This document shows positions 13,700 through 25,045 of a stretch of DNA of 64,000 nt, in pieces. Origin of the DNA: Chiloscyllium plagiosum. Lineage: Eukaryota. The stretch lies in NCBI RefSeq assembly GCF_004010195.1, contig NC_057719.1, positions 3,225,512-3,289,511 on the forward strand, read 5' to 3'. Numbering within the stretch: position 1 is the stretch's first letter; each line of letters begins with the position of its first letter. Under the pieces are notes generated by a model. That model was given only the letters and a program-made list of their open reading frames with translations, was not told where the DNA came from and did no database searches. The translations under genes were made by a program, and so were the position numbers.

Positions 13700-14125
13700 A
13701 AGGAGGGTTTGAGTAGGTTGGGGACGACACTCATTGGAGTTATGAAAAATGTGAGGCGACCTTATTGAAACAGATGAGACTCTTAGGGAGTTGACTGAAT
13801 AGATGCAGAGGGGTTATTTCCCCTTTTAGGAAAGATTAGCATCAAAGTGCATCACCTCAGAGAATTGATCACCTGTTCAAATCAAAGATGAGGAGGTAAT
13901 TCTTTTCAGAGGGGAATAAATCTGTGGAATTTTTTTTTTTAACCACAGAGGGCTGTCAAGGCTGGGTCATTCAAGGCTGAGATGGTCAGGTTTTTAATCA
14001 GAAAGAGAACAGAGGGTGATGGGAAAAAGGCCGAGACGTGGAGTTGAGAATTATCCGATCAGCTATGATCTCATTCAACAGCAGAGCAGATCTTGATGGG
14101 CTGAATGGTCTATTTCTACTCTTAC
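13700..14125 (+). mobile_element. CR1 LINE 3' fragment
   Basis: Degenerate GDLIET...MRRNFF...GWVIQG region plus CR1 3' UTR. Confidence 0.65.
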
Positions 14126-15449
14126 AACAATCTTACATTTACAGTATAGAACAGGCCATTCTGTTCAAATACCCCATACTAGCCCCTTGTTACCCTCTGG
14201 TCTCACATCCTCAGCATTTCCTTCTATTCCTTTATCCAGCTTCCTCCTAATCCAACACCGATTTTATCTCAGCCACCACTTATGGTAATGAGTTACTCAC
14301 CACTCTCTGAGTAATATTGCTCTCTCCTGAATGCTCTGCTGCCTTTAGTAGTGACTGTGTTACGTTGCCCCAGATTGAAGACTTACACAATCTTGAAGAC
14401 TTCTTTCTTGGAGAAGCCAACTGCACTGGCCCTGTTTGGTGTAACCCCTCAGATTGATTCTGCTCTAGTTTCTTGTATTGCTCCAATGCCTCCATATCCT
14501 GCTTAGAGAGACCAGGGCACTGTCCAGTTCTCTAAGTGTGGCTAACAATGCAACTTCAACACAGCTCTGCAAGGTCACTGAACGTGTTTCTATGTTCTAT
14601 GTTCTAATATGAAAAGAAAGTTAACTCTGTTTCTTTCTCTCTAGAGATGCTGCCAGACCTGCTGAGTTTCTCCAGCACCTTCTGTTTTGGTGGCAGATCG
14701 CGCCAGCATCTGTTGTATAACTTCTCACGTCTTCACTTCCATCCTGCTGTTAATGAACCTAATAATTAGTTTTGCTTTTTTTTTTGAAAAATGACCTTGA
14801 TAACCTCCTCTGCTATTTTTAGCGACTTGTGTCTCTAATGTAAATGACTAAACAGCTTGGTATTCTCAAATCCTTCACCCTCAGGGCCCATTTGCAAACT
14901 TAGTTTCTGACAGAAACACTTTTCCCTTAAACATGTCAACAATAAACTCTCAAACAGCCAAACCCATGAGGTAACCACCTTGAAATTTGGGTTAGGTAGC
15001 GCTTAGTGAGTCTTCAATGGAAATGGGTCACTTTTAATGTCTACTGAGATGGGCTATTTAAAATACAGCATAGGAAAGCAGTTCAAGAAGGCAGCTCACC
15101 TCCACCATCTCAAGGGGCATCTAGGGATGGGAAATAAATGCTGGCCCAGTCAGTGATGCCCAGTCCCACAAGTGAATTATAAAAAAAATCATTAAACATC
15201 CATCCCAACGTGCTGATGTGAAAGTGTGAAAGGAGCAAAGAAAATCTTCCTTCCATTTGTTCAGTGAAAGTCTGAGTATTTATCCTGCTTTTTACTGCTT
15301 TGTAAACTGTCTCACCTTCAGCTCCTGTCCAACTGACCGATTGTCCCCTTTCTCAGCAGTTTCATTGTACTCATAGGTTCCAAGGAGGGATGAGTTAATG
15401 GCTTTTCCAGCACTTCGTTTGGAGTGAGCTCAGATCTAACCGTAATCAT

Positions 15450-16210
15450 TGACTCACAGGATCATACAACACGGAAACCGACCTTCGCTCCAACCAGTCC
15501 ATGCTGACCATGTTCCCAAACAAAACTCTTCCCACCTGCCTGCTCCTGGCCCATATCCCTCCAAACCTTTCCTACTCGTGTACCTATCCAAACGTCTTTT
15601 AAATGTTATAACTGTACCCGCACCCACTGCTTCCTGTGGCTGTTCATTCCACACACGAACCACTCGGTGTAAAGAAATGACCCCTTGTGTCTTTTTAAAA
15701 TCTTTCTTCTCTCACCTAAAAATATGCCTCCCGAGTTTTGAAATCTCCCATCCCAGGGGAAGAAAGGTACCATTCGCCTTGTCTATGCCCCTCATTAGTT
15801 TATAAACTTCTATAAGGTCACTTCTCAACCTCCTATGCTCCAGTGAAAATGTTCTAGCTTATGGGTGGCATGGTGGCTCAGTGCTGCCTCACAGCGCCAG
15901 GGACCCGGGTTTGATTCCAGCCTCGGGTGACTGTCTGTGTGGAGTTTTCACATTCTGCCTGCGTCTGCGTGGGTTTTTTCCCACAGTCCAAGGATGTGCA
16001 GGTTAGGTTGAGCTAGACTGCCTGTAGTGTTGGGTGCAATAGTCAGGGGTAAATATAGGGTAGGGGAATGGGTCTGGGTGGGTTAGTCTTCAGAGGGTCA
16101 GTGTGGACTTGTTGGGACGAAGGGCCTGTTTCCATACTGTAGGGAATTTAATCTAATCTATCTAGCCTCTCCTGATAACTCAACCCCTCCATTCCTGACA
16201 GCATCCTAAA
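15450..16210 (-). mobile_element. CR1 (HER1-like) 3' fragment interrupted by an HE1 SINE
   Basis: ORF 15454..15663 reads RVWNEQPQEAVGAGTVITFKRRLDRY. The element resumes after the SINE at ~16165. Confidence 0.75.
15862..16162 (+). mobile_element. HE1-like V-SINE
   Basis: gggtggcatggtggctcagtg...ggtttgattcc...gtgtggagtttt, with a (tcta)-type tail. Confidence 0.85.
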
Positions 16211-17003
16211 TGAAGGACTGTGTCGTTTTGTTGGAGCTGAACAGTTTAGATACATGCTACAGACCGTGACAGGTTTCCAGGCAAACTGCATTGTTTCCTG
16301 GCTTCTGCCATTGGTTAGTAACTTCAACACAAGGGGAATTTTATGCCAGCTGGGATTTACTCACCGAGATTTCTCAGTATTTTAGAGATTATCTACCATT
16401 CCCAGCCTACAAGCCCAGAGATGTTTTCCTGCACATTTCCACATGCGAATTTTGAGATGCTATTTCGGATTCACATTCCTGAATCATTGATGCAAATAGT
16501 TAGCAACAGTGAGGCAGTGACCATAGGGTTTGGAATGTGAACTGGTTAACAGGCAAAAACCAGACCGTGGGGGCGGGGGGGGGGAGAAAAAACAGATATT
16601 TTCTGTGGTGTTTGCTGTTTGTGATGTATTATAATGACTTAGACTTCAATATAGGAGGCATCATTAAGGAAATGTGCAGATGAGACAAAAGTAGACCAAA
16701 CAGCTGACAATGAGGTTGACTAGGTGAAGGTGAGGACTGCAGATGCTGGAGATCAGAGTCTAGATCAGAGAGGTGCTGGAAAAGCACAGCAGGTCAGGCA
16801 GCATCCAAGGAGCAGGAAAATCAACATTTCGGGCAAAAACCCGATTGACTGCTGACTGTTGGATCATATTTATTGACTTGGCTGAAAAACCTGTTTCCTT
16901 TTTGAATTCAAACTTCACCATTTCCCACATAAGATCTAAACCCAATTGACCAGGACATTACTGTAAACAACAAATGCTGGAGATCACAGCGGGTCAGACA
17001 GCA

Positions 17004-17034
<31 letters not shown>

Positions 17035-17297
17035 CAAGCCTAACGTTTCATTCCCAGGAGATTCTTCATCAGAGCAGTACCTGGGCCTCCATTAGCAGCT
17101 CCATAATAATACCATGAGACCGTCACCTGCTTGAGGTGACCTTAAACAAATCCTTTCCTGAGAATTCTCTTCCCTGCTCTGCCAAACTGTGTGGATAATA
17201 TTCCACAATCTGCTGTTGTAGTTAAAAGAAAAACTTGGATTTGTATTGCGCCTGAGAATATACCAAAACACTTTCCACTCGATGAAGCTGCTGAAGT

Positions 17298-17525
17298 TGA
17301 ATTCAATTGAATTGAATTTATTGTCCCGTGTACCGAGGCACAGTGAAAAGCTTTGTTTTGTGAGCAATACGGGCAGATCACAGAGTTAAGTAGCATAGAT
17401 AAGTAAATAACATGTAAACAGCAAAAATAAAAACACAGGGACAGGTGAACGTTAAGGGTTTGTGAGTCCAGTCAGTATTCTAACAACAGTCAGGTATAAA
17501 CAGCTGGTGCGTGTGTTCAGGCAAC
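17298..17525 (-). mobile_element. Rex1/Babar-like 3' UTR fragment
   Basis: Reverse complement of the 6920-7160 tail. Confidence 0.8.
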
Positions 17526-17839
17526 ATGATAATCCGTTTCTCATGGTGCTGCTAGAGGGTTATACACGGACCCAGGACATTGGGAAGAACTTGCCTGCGA
17601 ATACTCTGTGAAATAATGGGGATATTTTACATCTCTCTGAAGAGGTTGACAGGCTCCTGTTACCATTCTGTTTGAGAGGCAGGGACTGGAGCAGTGCTGC
17701 ACTCTGTCAGTACCGCGCTGGGAGGGTCAGATAGATTATAGACTCAAGGGTCAGGAATGGGATATGAATCTGAGACCTTTTGGGTCAGAGGATTCGGTTG
17801 CTACCCAGTGTCTTGCAACTGTTGCTGACCCTGAGCTCT

Positions 17840-18345
17840 CATAGACTCGCAGAGTCATAGAGTCACAGGCATAGAGTGGTACAACACGGAAACAGACCCT
17901 TCGGTCTAACTTGTTCATGCTGACCAGATATCCCAACTTAATCTAGTCCCATTTGCCAGTATTTGACCCATATTCCTCCAAACCCTTCCTATTTATATAC
18001 TCATCCAGATGCCTTTTAAATGCTGTAATTGTACCAGCCACCACTACTTCCTTTGGCAGCTCATTCCAGACATGCACCACCCTCTGTGTGAAAAAGTTGC
18101 CCCTTAGGTCTCTTTTATATCTTTTCCCTATCACCTTAAATCTATGCCCTCTAGTTCTGGACTCCCTCACCCCAGGGAAAAAACCTTGTCTATTTCTCCT
18201 ATCCATGCCCCTCATGATTTTATAAACCTTGATAAGGTCACCCTTCAGCCTCCGATGTTCCAAGGAAAACATGGAAGCCTATTCAGCCTCTCCCCATAGC
18301 TCAAACCCTCCAACCCCCTCAACATCCTTGTAACTCTTTTCACTC
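17840..18345 (-). mobile_element. CR1 (HER1-like) 3' fragment
   Basis: ORF 17943..18272 reads LEHRRLKGDLIKVYKIMRG...NFFTQRVVHVWNELP. Confidence 0.85.
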
Positions 18346-19025
18346 CAGTTCTGTCGAAAGGTCATTGGACCTGACTCATTAACTCTGTTTCTCTCTCCGC
18401 AGATGCTGCCAGACCTGCTGAGTTTTTCCATCATTCTCTGTGCTTGTTTCTGAGCTTTCACTCTCTGGATTAGCATCACTATGAAACTCAGTGATGTTAC
18501 CTACTGGGATCCAACATGCATCTGACACCTCAGCTGGTTCCTTTCATCCTCCTTCCACTAGCACCTCATGTGTGACAGTGAACATGATCTCTGCTGTCAG
18601 GGGAGAGAGTTGAACTGGAGATAGTTAACAAATAACCTGCACAGACAGGTAAGAAAATCTTCCTGGTCATGTGCACCCACTCCTCACCCTCAGTCCCAGC
18701 TCTTTGCTGAGTGATGTTTTTCACATGCTTCTCCAGCGCTAATGTGGGGCCCATCTTCCTTCATGTGCTCCCTTGGGACAGGACTTTAATGATTCAAACT
18801 TGGCCCACACCATTCATAGAAACTGGGAGCAGGCCCTTCAAACCGGCTCCTTCAATCAACATGATCGCGGCTGATCATCCAACTCAGTCCCCTATTCCCA
18901 CTTACTCCCTTTACCCCCTCACTCCTCTCTGAGGATATTCAACGTTTGGCCTCAACCTCTTCCTGTGGCAGAGAATCCCACAGGCTCGCCACTCACTGGA
19001 CAAAGACATTTCTCCTCAGCTCAGT

Positions 19026-19335
19026 GGGCGGCACGGTGGCACAGTGGTTAGCACTGCTGCCTCACAGCGCCAGAGACCCGGGTTCAATTCCCGCCTCGGG
19101 TGACTGTCTGTGTGGAGTTTGCACATTCTCCCCGTGTCTGCGTGGGTTTCCTCCGAGTGCTCCGGTCAGTCCAAAAATGTGCAGGTTAGGTGAATTGGCC
19201 ATGCTAAATCACCCGTAGCGTTAGGTGAAGGGGTAAATGTAGGGGAATGGGTCTGGGTGGGTGCGCTTCGGAGGATTGGTGTGGACTTGTTGGGCCGAAG
19301 GGCCTGTTTCCACAGTGTAAGTAATCTTAAAAAAA
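19026..19335 (+). mobile_element. HE1-like V-SINE
   Basis: gggcggcacggtggcacagtggttagc...gggttcaattcccgcc, V-domain and A-tail. Confidence 0.9.
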
Positions 19336-19519
19336 AATGACCCACCCTGTATTCTTCCACTGCGACCTCTGGTTCTGCTGTCTGGGAACATACTGAGGAC
19401 AGGCGAACCATTCACCCATTTAGCACCCCGTCAATGCCTGCAGTCCACTCTCTTGCAAGGGGTAATGATTTCTTTAACTGAATAGCTCTCGTGCAGACCT
19501 CCTGTGAACTGGGAGTTCG

Positions 19520-19786
19520 TAGAATAGAATCCCTACAGTGTGGAAACAGACCATTCGACCCATTGAGTCCACTGCAACCCTCTGGAAAGCATCCCACCCA
19601 GACCCAACCCACTGCCTTATCCCTGTAACCCTGCATTTCCCACGCTGGGAGCAAACTGGAGCACCTAGAGGAAAACCATGCAGGCATGGGGAGGATGTGC
19701 AAACCCCACACAGACAGTCACCCCGAGGCTGGAACTGAACCCATGTCCCTGGCTCTATGAGGCATCAGGGCTAACCGCTGAGCCAC
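19520..19786 (-). mobile_element. HE1-like V-SINE whose head is interrupted by a PLE insertion
   Basis: Reverse-strand SINE. Its A-box region ctaacc(g/a)ctgagccac is duplicated around 19787-20289. Confidence 0.75.
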
Positions 19787-20289
19787 TATATTGGGGAGAC
19801 AGGCCGCCTACTTGCGGAACATTTCAGAGAACACCTCTGGGACACCCGGACCAACCAACCCAACCACCCCATAGCCCAACACTTTAACTCCCCCTCCCAC
19901 TCCACCAAGGACATGCAGGTCCTTGGACTCCTCCATCGCCAGACTATAGCATCACGATGGCTGGAGGAAGAGCGCCTCACCTTCCACCTTGGAAGATTTC
20001 TCCAGTTTTGAATGAGGAGAGTGTGCCAAGCAGGCTAAGATAAAAGGTAGGGAGGAGGACTTGGGGGGAGGGGCGTTGGAAATGCGATCACATTTCCAAT
20101 GCCCCTCCCCCAAGTCCCTCCTCCCTACCTTTTATCTTAGCCTGCTGGACACACTTTCCTCATTCCTGAAGAAGGGCTCATGCCCGAAACGTCGATTCTC
20201 CTGCTCCTTGGATGCTGCCTGACCTGCTGCGCTTTTCCAGCAACACATTTTCAGCTCTGATCTCCAGCATCTGCAGTCCTCACTTTCTC
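19787..20289 (+). mobile_element. PLE 3' fragment with internal inversion, hammerhead motif and 16-bp TSD
   Basis: GIY-YIG remnant (YIGETGRLLAE), an inverted block at ~20010-20100, core CTGAAGA...GAAACGTC at 20166-20193, and TSD at 19771-19786/20290-20305. Confidence 0.85.
20160..20197 (+). ncRNA. Minimal type-I hammerhead ribozyme motif
   Basis: cattc-CTGAAGA-a-gggc(tcat)gccc-GAAAC-GTC-gatt. Confidence 0.75.
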
Positions 20290-20885
20290 CTAACCACTGA
20301 GCCACCCCAAGTTTCCAATAGAGTTCCTCATGGAGAGTTTATCTTCATAACCTCCTCCAGTCCTGACAGTTCAATGAGTGCACTCCTCGCTCAGTAAATA
20401 CACAGCTGTAATTGCCAGCTTTGGTCAGCAGATGGCAATCCGAAGCAGGTTCTGAGGAATCTCTCCTCGGTCTCCCAGCCGCCACAGAAGCAACAACTAC
20501 CTGCATTTAGTGAGCACCTCCAGTGCAATACAATATCTCAAAGCTTTTCACAGGAACATTATCATCCAAAACGCAACATGTTAAGACAATATTAATTGAC
20601 CGAAGACTTGGTCAAAGGGATAGTTTTTGAGAAATGTCTTGAAGCAGAGGGGAGAGAGGTTTAGGAGGGAGACCTAGTCCATCAGTAGGGTGGAAGAGCA
20701 ATTAAAATCAGGATTGGTCAAGAATCCAGGATCAGAGAAACACCGAGATCTCAGAGGGGTCTGGGGCTGGAGGGGATGACAGAGATAGTAGTGGTGGGAG
20801 AGTCAGAGATTTGAAAGCAAAAATGGATGCTTTAAGTTGAAGGGATAATCTGTCAGAAAGGAAGGTAGATCAAACGCACAGTGAG

Positions 20886-21117
20886 GGAGAAAAGAGGGTG
20901 GTGTGTGTAGAGGGAAACACAAACCTGAGGGAAACACAAGAAAAAGGAAGTAGGTTTGAGGGTGTGGCAAAAGCAGGGTAAGGAACGGCAGCTGTTAGAG
21001 TGGAGAAAAGAGGGTGGTGTGTGGAGAGGGAAACACAAACCTGAGGGAAACACAAGAAAAAGGAATAGGTTTGAGGGTGTGGCAAAAGCAGGGTAAGGAA
21101 CGGCAGCTGTTAGAGTG
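20886..21117. repeat. Tandem duplication of a ~116-bp purine-rich unit
   Basis: Two near-identical copies starting ggagaaaagagggtggtgtg at 20886 and 21002. Confidence 0.9.
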
Positions 21118-21424
21118 CTGGGTCTCTGGAATGCTGATAGAGGCACAGTGGCTTGGCCCAATCTCTCTGCCAGGAGGCCTACATGTCTGAAAAGGTTGTT
21201 ATAAAATATCATTTTCAAACAAATTCAAAGGAGTATAAAACCTACATGTGACTCAGATTAAATGTGTTCTGAGGAACACCTCTTTGGAGTCAGATGTTTT
21301 CAATCACGTTGTTCTCTCTCTTGGCAATTTGTATTCAGATTGCGATGGTTTTTAATCTATTAACATCATGAGCAATGGAGGAATCCACTCAGGCATGTGT
21401 GAACCTGAATCCAGGTTTCTCCAG

Positions 21425-21685
21425 ACAAACACACACACTCACACATACTCTCTCTCACACACTCACAGACATGACATGCACACACATTCACGCACACACA
21501 CACTACACACACACATCACACACACGTACACACACTCACACTGTCTCACACACATGCCATGTGCACACACACTCATGCACACACACACAGACAGAAACAC
21601 AGGGACACATATGTGCATATACACACACACTGCACACACAGACATAGACACACATATACATACATACAGACACACATGTACACTA
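21425..21685. repeat. Degenerate (CA)n low-complexity repeat
   Basis: CA-rich run. Confidence 0.9.
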
Positions 21686-23087
21686 TATTGAAGCTAATCT
21701 GCAGGAACTGTACCTGTTGAATTCAAGTGACTCTGAACGTGTTATTTCCTTTACTTTGTGTAACCTCAGGCCGGAAGAAACAGAATTAAGCCATTCAGCC
21801 CATCCAGCACAATTCAATAAGGTCATGGTTGATCAGATCCTGGCCTCAATCTCACTTTTCTATCTGTCCCTCACCTCCCCAACACCCTCTCACCATCCCC
21901 CATCACCACCATCTCCCCTGACAATGGTTCCGAAATCTGCCTATCTTGACCCTGAATGCACACAATAACTCACTACAGCCCTGATACAATAACAAGGGGG
22001 GATTGATTTTAAATTGAAACGCAGGAGGTTTTGAGGGGATTTGAGGAGAAACCTTTTTCACCTAGAGGGCGTCGGGGGTCAGGAATACCATGTTTGGGAG
22101 GGGGAGCTGAGGTGGGAAACCCTACACCTTTAAAAAAGTACTTGGACGAGCATTTGAAATGTCGTAAAGTTCAAGGCTATGGGCCGAATGCGGGAACGTG
22201 GGATGGGAGTGGGTAATAGTGTTTTTTGGTGGGACAGACTGGATGGGCTGAAGAGTCTCTTTTATACTGTATGATTCTATGAGACTTTCTGAAAAAATAT
22301 ACAGATAATCACTTGCAGAGAAAGGGATGATAGCGGGACCCAGTGACCTAACCGTATAGCGAGACTCTAGTGGCTTCTTCCTGTGCTATAATCAGTCAAT
22401 GATGTCATCTGGAGTTGACCAAAATTTCTTGATTCTCTGAGAGAAGAAGTTCAATGTTTTACCCTGAAACAGTGCCTCCTTGTTCTCAATTCCCCATGAG
22501 TGCAGTCATTCTCTCAGCATCCCCTTTAGAACATTAGCTGGTTCAGGAAGATCACCTCTCATTCACACAGACTCCAGCCTATCCTCTTCTGACAACTCCT
22601 TCATCCCAGCAGCCATCTCTGAATTGCCTCCGTTGCAATTAGATCCCTCTTTAAATGAGAAGATCAGAACTATGTGTACTTCAACAACAGTGCCCTGGAC
22701 AGTACCCACCAACTTCCACAACGGTCACTGAGACCTTCGTTGTATCTGCCTTGCACTTGCTGGCCCTTACAGACTTGCTTCAGCTGTTTCAGGGAATCTG
22801 TGTTACTCTGTAACTCACTCTGCATTTGTTGTTCCCCTATTGTTCTCACTGGTGTTGTTGCTCTGAACGAACACCGAGGGTTTCTCATCGTCTCTGGAGT
22901 CAATGGGTATCCCTCCACAACCAGCGCCATAGAATGTGTACACTCTTCCTTATCATATTAACATTTGTGGGATTTTGCTGGACATCCATTGACAACAGCA
23001 TTTCCTGTGTTGAACTGCATTTCAATAAAATGAAACCCGATTGGCTAGAAGGTGTACTGACCCATGCTGAGGTTCATAGCATCATTA

Positions 23088-23245
23088 CAGACTCACACAC
23101 ACACACACATAGATGCACGTACCCCTCTCCACACATATAAATACAGACACAGACACACACACTCACAAACACACATACACACACAAATACATGCACACTC
23201 ACAGACACACACACACATTCACATCGCTCTCTCACACACACACAG
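23088..23245. repeat. Degenerate (CA)n low-complexity repeat
   Basis: CA-rich run. Confidence 0.9.
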
Positions 23246-24613
23246 GCCAGCTGTCCCATGTGGTCACATCAGCTCGCTGTGCATCGATCCAGTCCCACTC
23301 TGCCCATACAATTCTCTGCAAGTTCAGTTCCTTTCATATTTCTTTTTGAAACCATTGTGCAGCTCCATGTCCAGCACTTCCAGGGGACGTGTCATCACCA
23401 CCCAGAGCACAAACATGTTCCTCGCTGGAAGCTGTGTCCCATGAGTCCTTGCACCATATAGAAATGGGAGCAGCTTCTCTTTCTTCATGGGATCCAATCC
23501 TGGCATCATCTTGTACAGCCCGACTGAAAATTCCCCCATCTTCTTTCCCCCTGAGGAAAACAGCCCCAGCCCAACTTCAAGGTCTGAGCTTGACCTTGAG
23601 CTCAGCTCACTATCCTGATTTGGAAATATATCACCATTCCTTCAGTGTCACTGGGTCAAAATCCTGGAATTCCCTCCCTAAGGGCATTGTGAGTCAGCCC
23701 ACAGCACATAGACTGTAGCGGTTCGAGAAGCTGGATCATCCCCACCTTCTCAAGAGGTAATTAGGGACGAGTAATAAATACTGGGCCCAACCAATAGTGT
23801 CCATGTCCCCTGAGTGAATAAAAAAGATCTTTTGTTGGAGGTAACTTCTTGTTTATTATAAGGCCTCAATCTCTTTCTGTTTCTTGAGAGTACCACAGAC
23901 ACAAAGGTAGACATGGAGTGTTTTGGCCTATATCTAATGACAGGGCAGCTCTTAGACTGGAAAGACGCTGGTGACTTTATCTTTACTGCCCAATGATGTG
24001 GTTAATGAGAGGTGGTCTCACTGAAACACCACTCCCCTGAGGATTTGATGGTGTAGACACTTGAAGGATGTATCCCGAGGCTGAGGAATCCAGATCTGTG
24101 ACTATTGTGGGGTCAGGGGTTTGAATCGGATCCTGATTGGCATAGAGGATGTCATCAGTCAGAGAGCTGTGAATGTTTGGCATTCCCTGTCGCAGACGGC
24201 TCCTATTGAAGATCTGTAACCCTGAAGCAGGGAACTGCCCATTTCTAGAATGTTCTTTTTGCATTTGCAGTGTGCTGAATTGTACGGGAGTGGGTGGAAA
24301 GGGGAGGAACTCAAGAGAATTCACAGTTTGCTTAATCGGAGAGGGGCAGTTTAGGGATTAGGTGGAGGGAAGCAACATTATTCCGAGAGAACGACATTCT
24401 CTTGAGCACCTGAATTACTCGACTGATTGTCTGAAGAGTTTAGGGTCAAGAGATCATTTAGTGATTTCACCGAATGATTGCCCGTTTAGTATTAGATACC
24501 AATGATCTCCCCATGTTTTCGATGTATTTGTACAACGTGGTTATTTGATAATTCTCGCTGTTGAAATGAAAAGTTTCATTCTTGTACTTGTTTAAATGCT
24601 GTAGTTTTTTTAC

Positions 24614-24619
24614 AATAAA
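24614..24619 (+). terminator. Candidate distal polyadenylation signal (possibly of C14orf132)
   Basis: AATAAA preceded by several TGTA motifs and U-rich unique sequence, and followed by GT-rich gcttgttgtttt. Confidence 0.4.
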
Positions 24620-24749
24620 GTTTTCAAAATTCCGTGAAAATGAGAGGCATCCAGTTGATATCGGCTGCTTGTTGTTTTAATGGATCGTTCTGTTCAATCA
24701 CAGGAGTTGGTTGAATCTGACTGGGATCTAAAAGATTTCAAAAACCCGT

Positions 24750-25045
24750 CTCCGGATCTGGACTGACTTCCAGAATTTCACCACCACTTCAGGATCAGAT
24801 TCTAAAATCACTCTCTCATTCAGCACTGAACTCTCAAATTCCCCCACTTGATCTAGGAAAGAATTCTGGAATGCCTTCTGTGATCTCGGCCTGAACACTC
24901 AAACCCCCTTTGGATTGAGGATGGAATTCTAGAATCCCAATTTTCACCCAGGACTGAATGTAAAATCTTTGGTCCAGATTGGACTCTGGAACCTCCTCTT
25001 TGATTCAGGAACAAACTCTGGAAATCCATCCTCTAGGATTCACCA
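24750..25045. repeat. Highly diverged ~31-33 bp tandem repeat (~9 units)
   Basis: Recurring unit approximately caggactgaactctggaatccccctttgatt, aligned by eye. Confidence 0.55.

Noticed and set aside
19026..19100. tRNA-like sequence with A and B boxes
   Set aside because: It is the head of an HE1 SINE present in several copies, not a tRNA gene.
21368..21691. His/Thr-rich ORFs (also 23064-23444)
   Set aside because: Translations of CA microsatellite.
24750..25045. CRISPR-like repeat-spacer appearance
   Set aside because: Eukaryotic context, no identical repeats with unique spacers, and no cas genes. It is a diverged tandem repeat.
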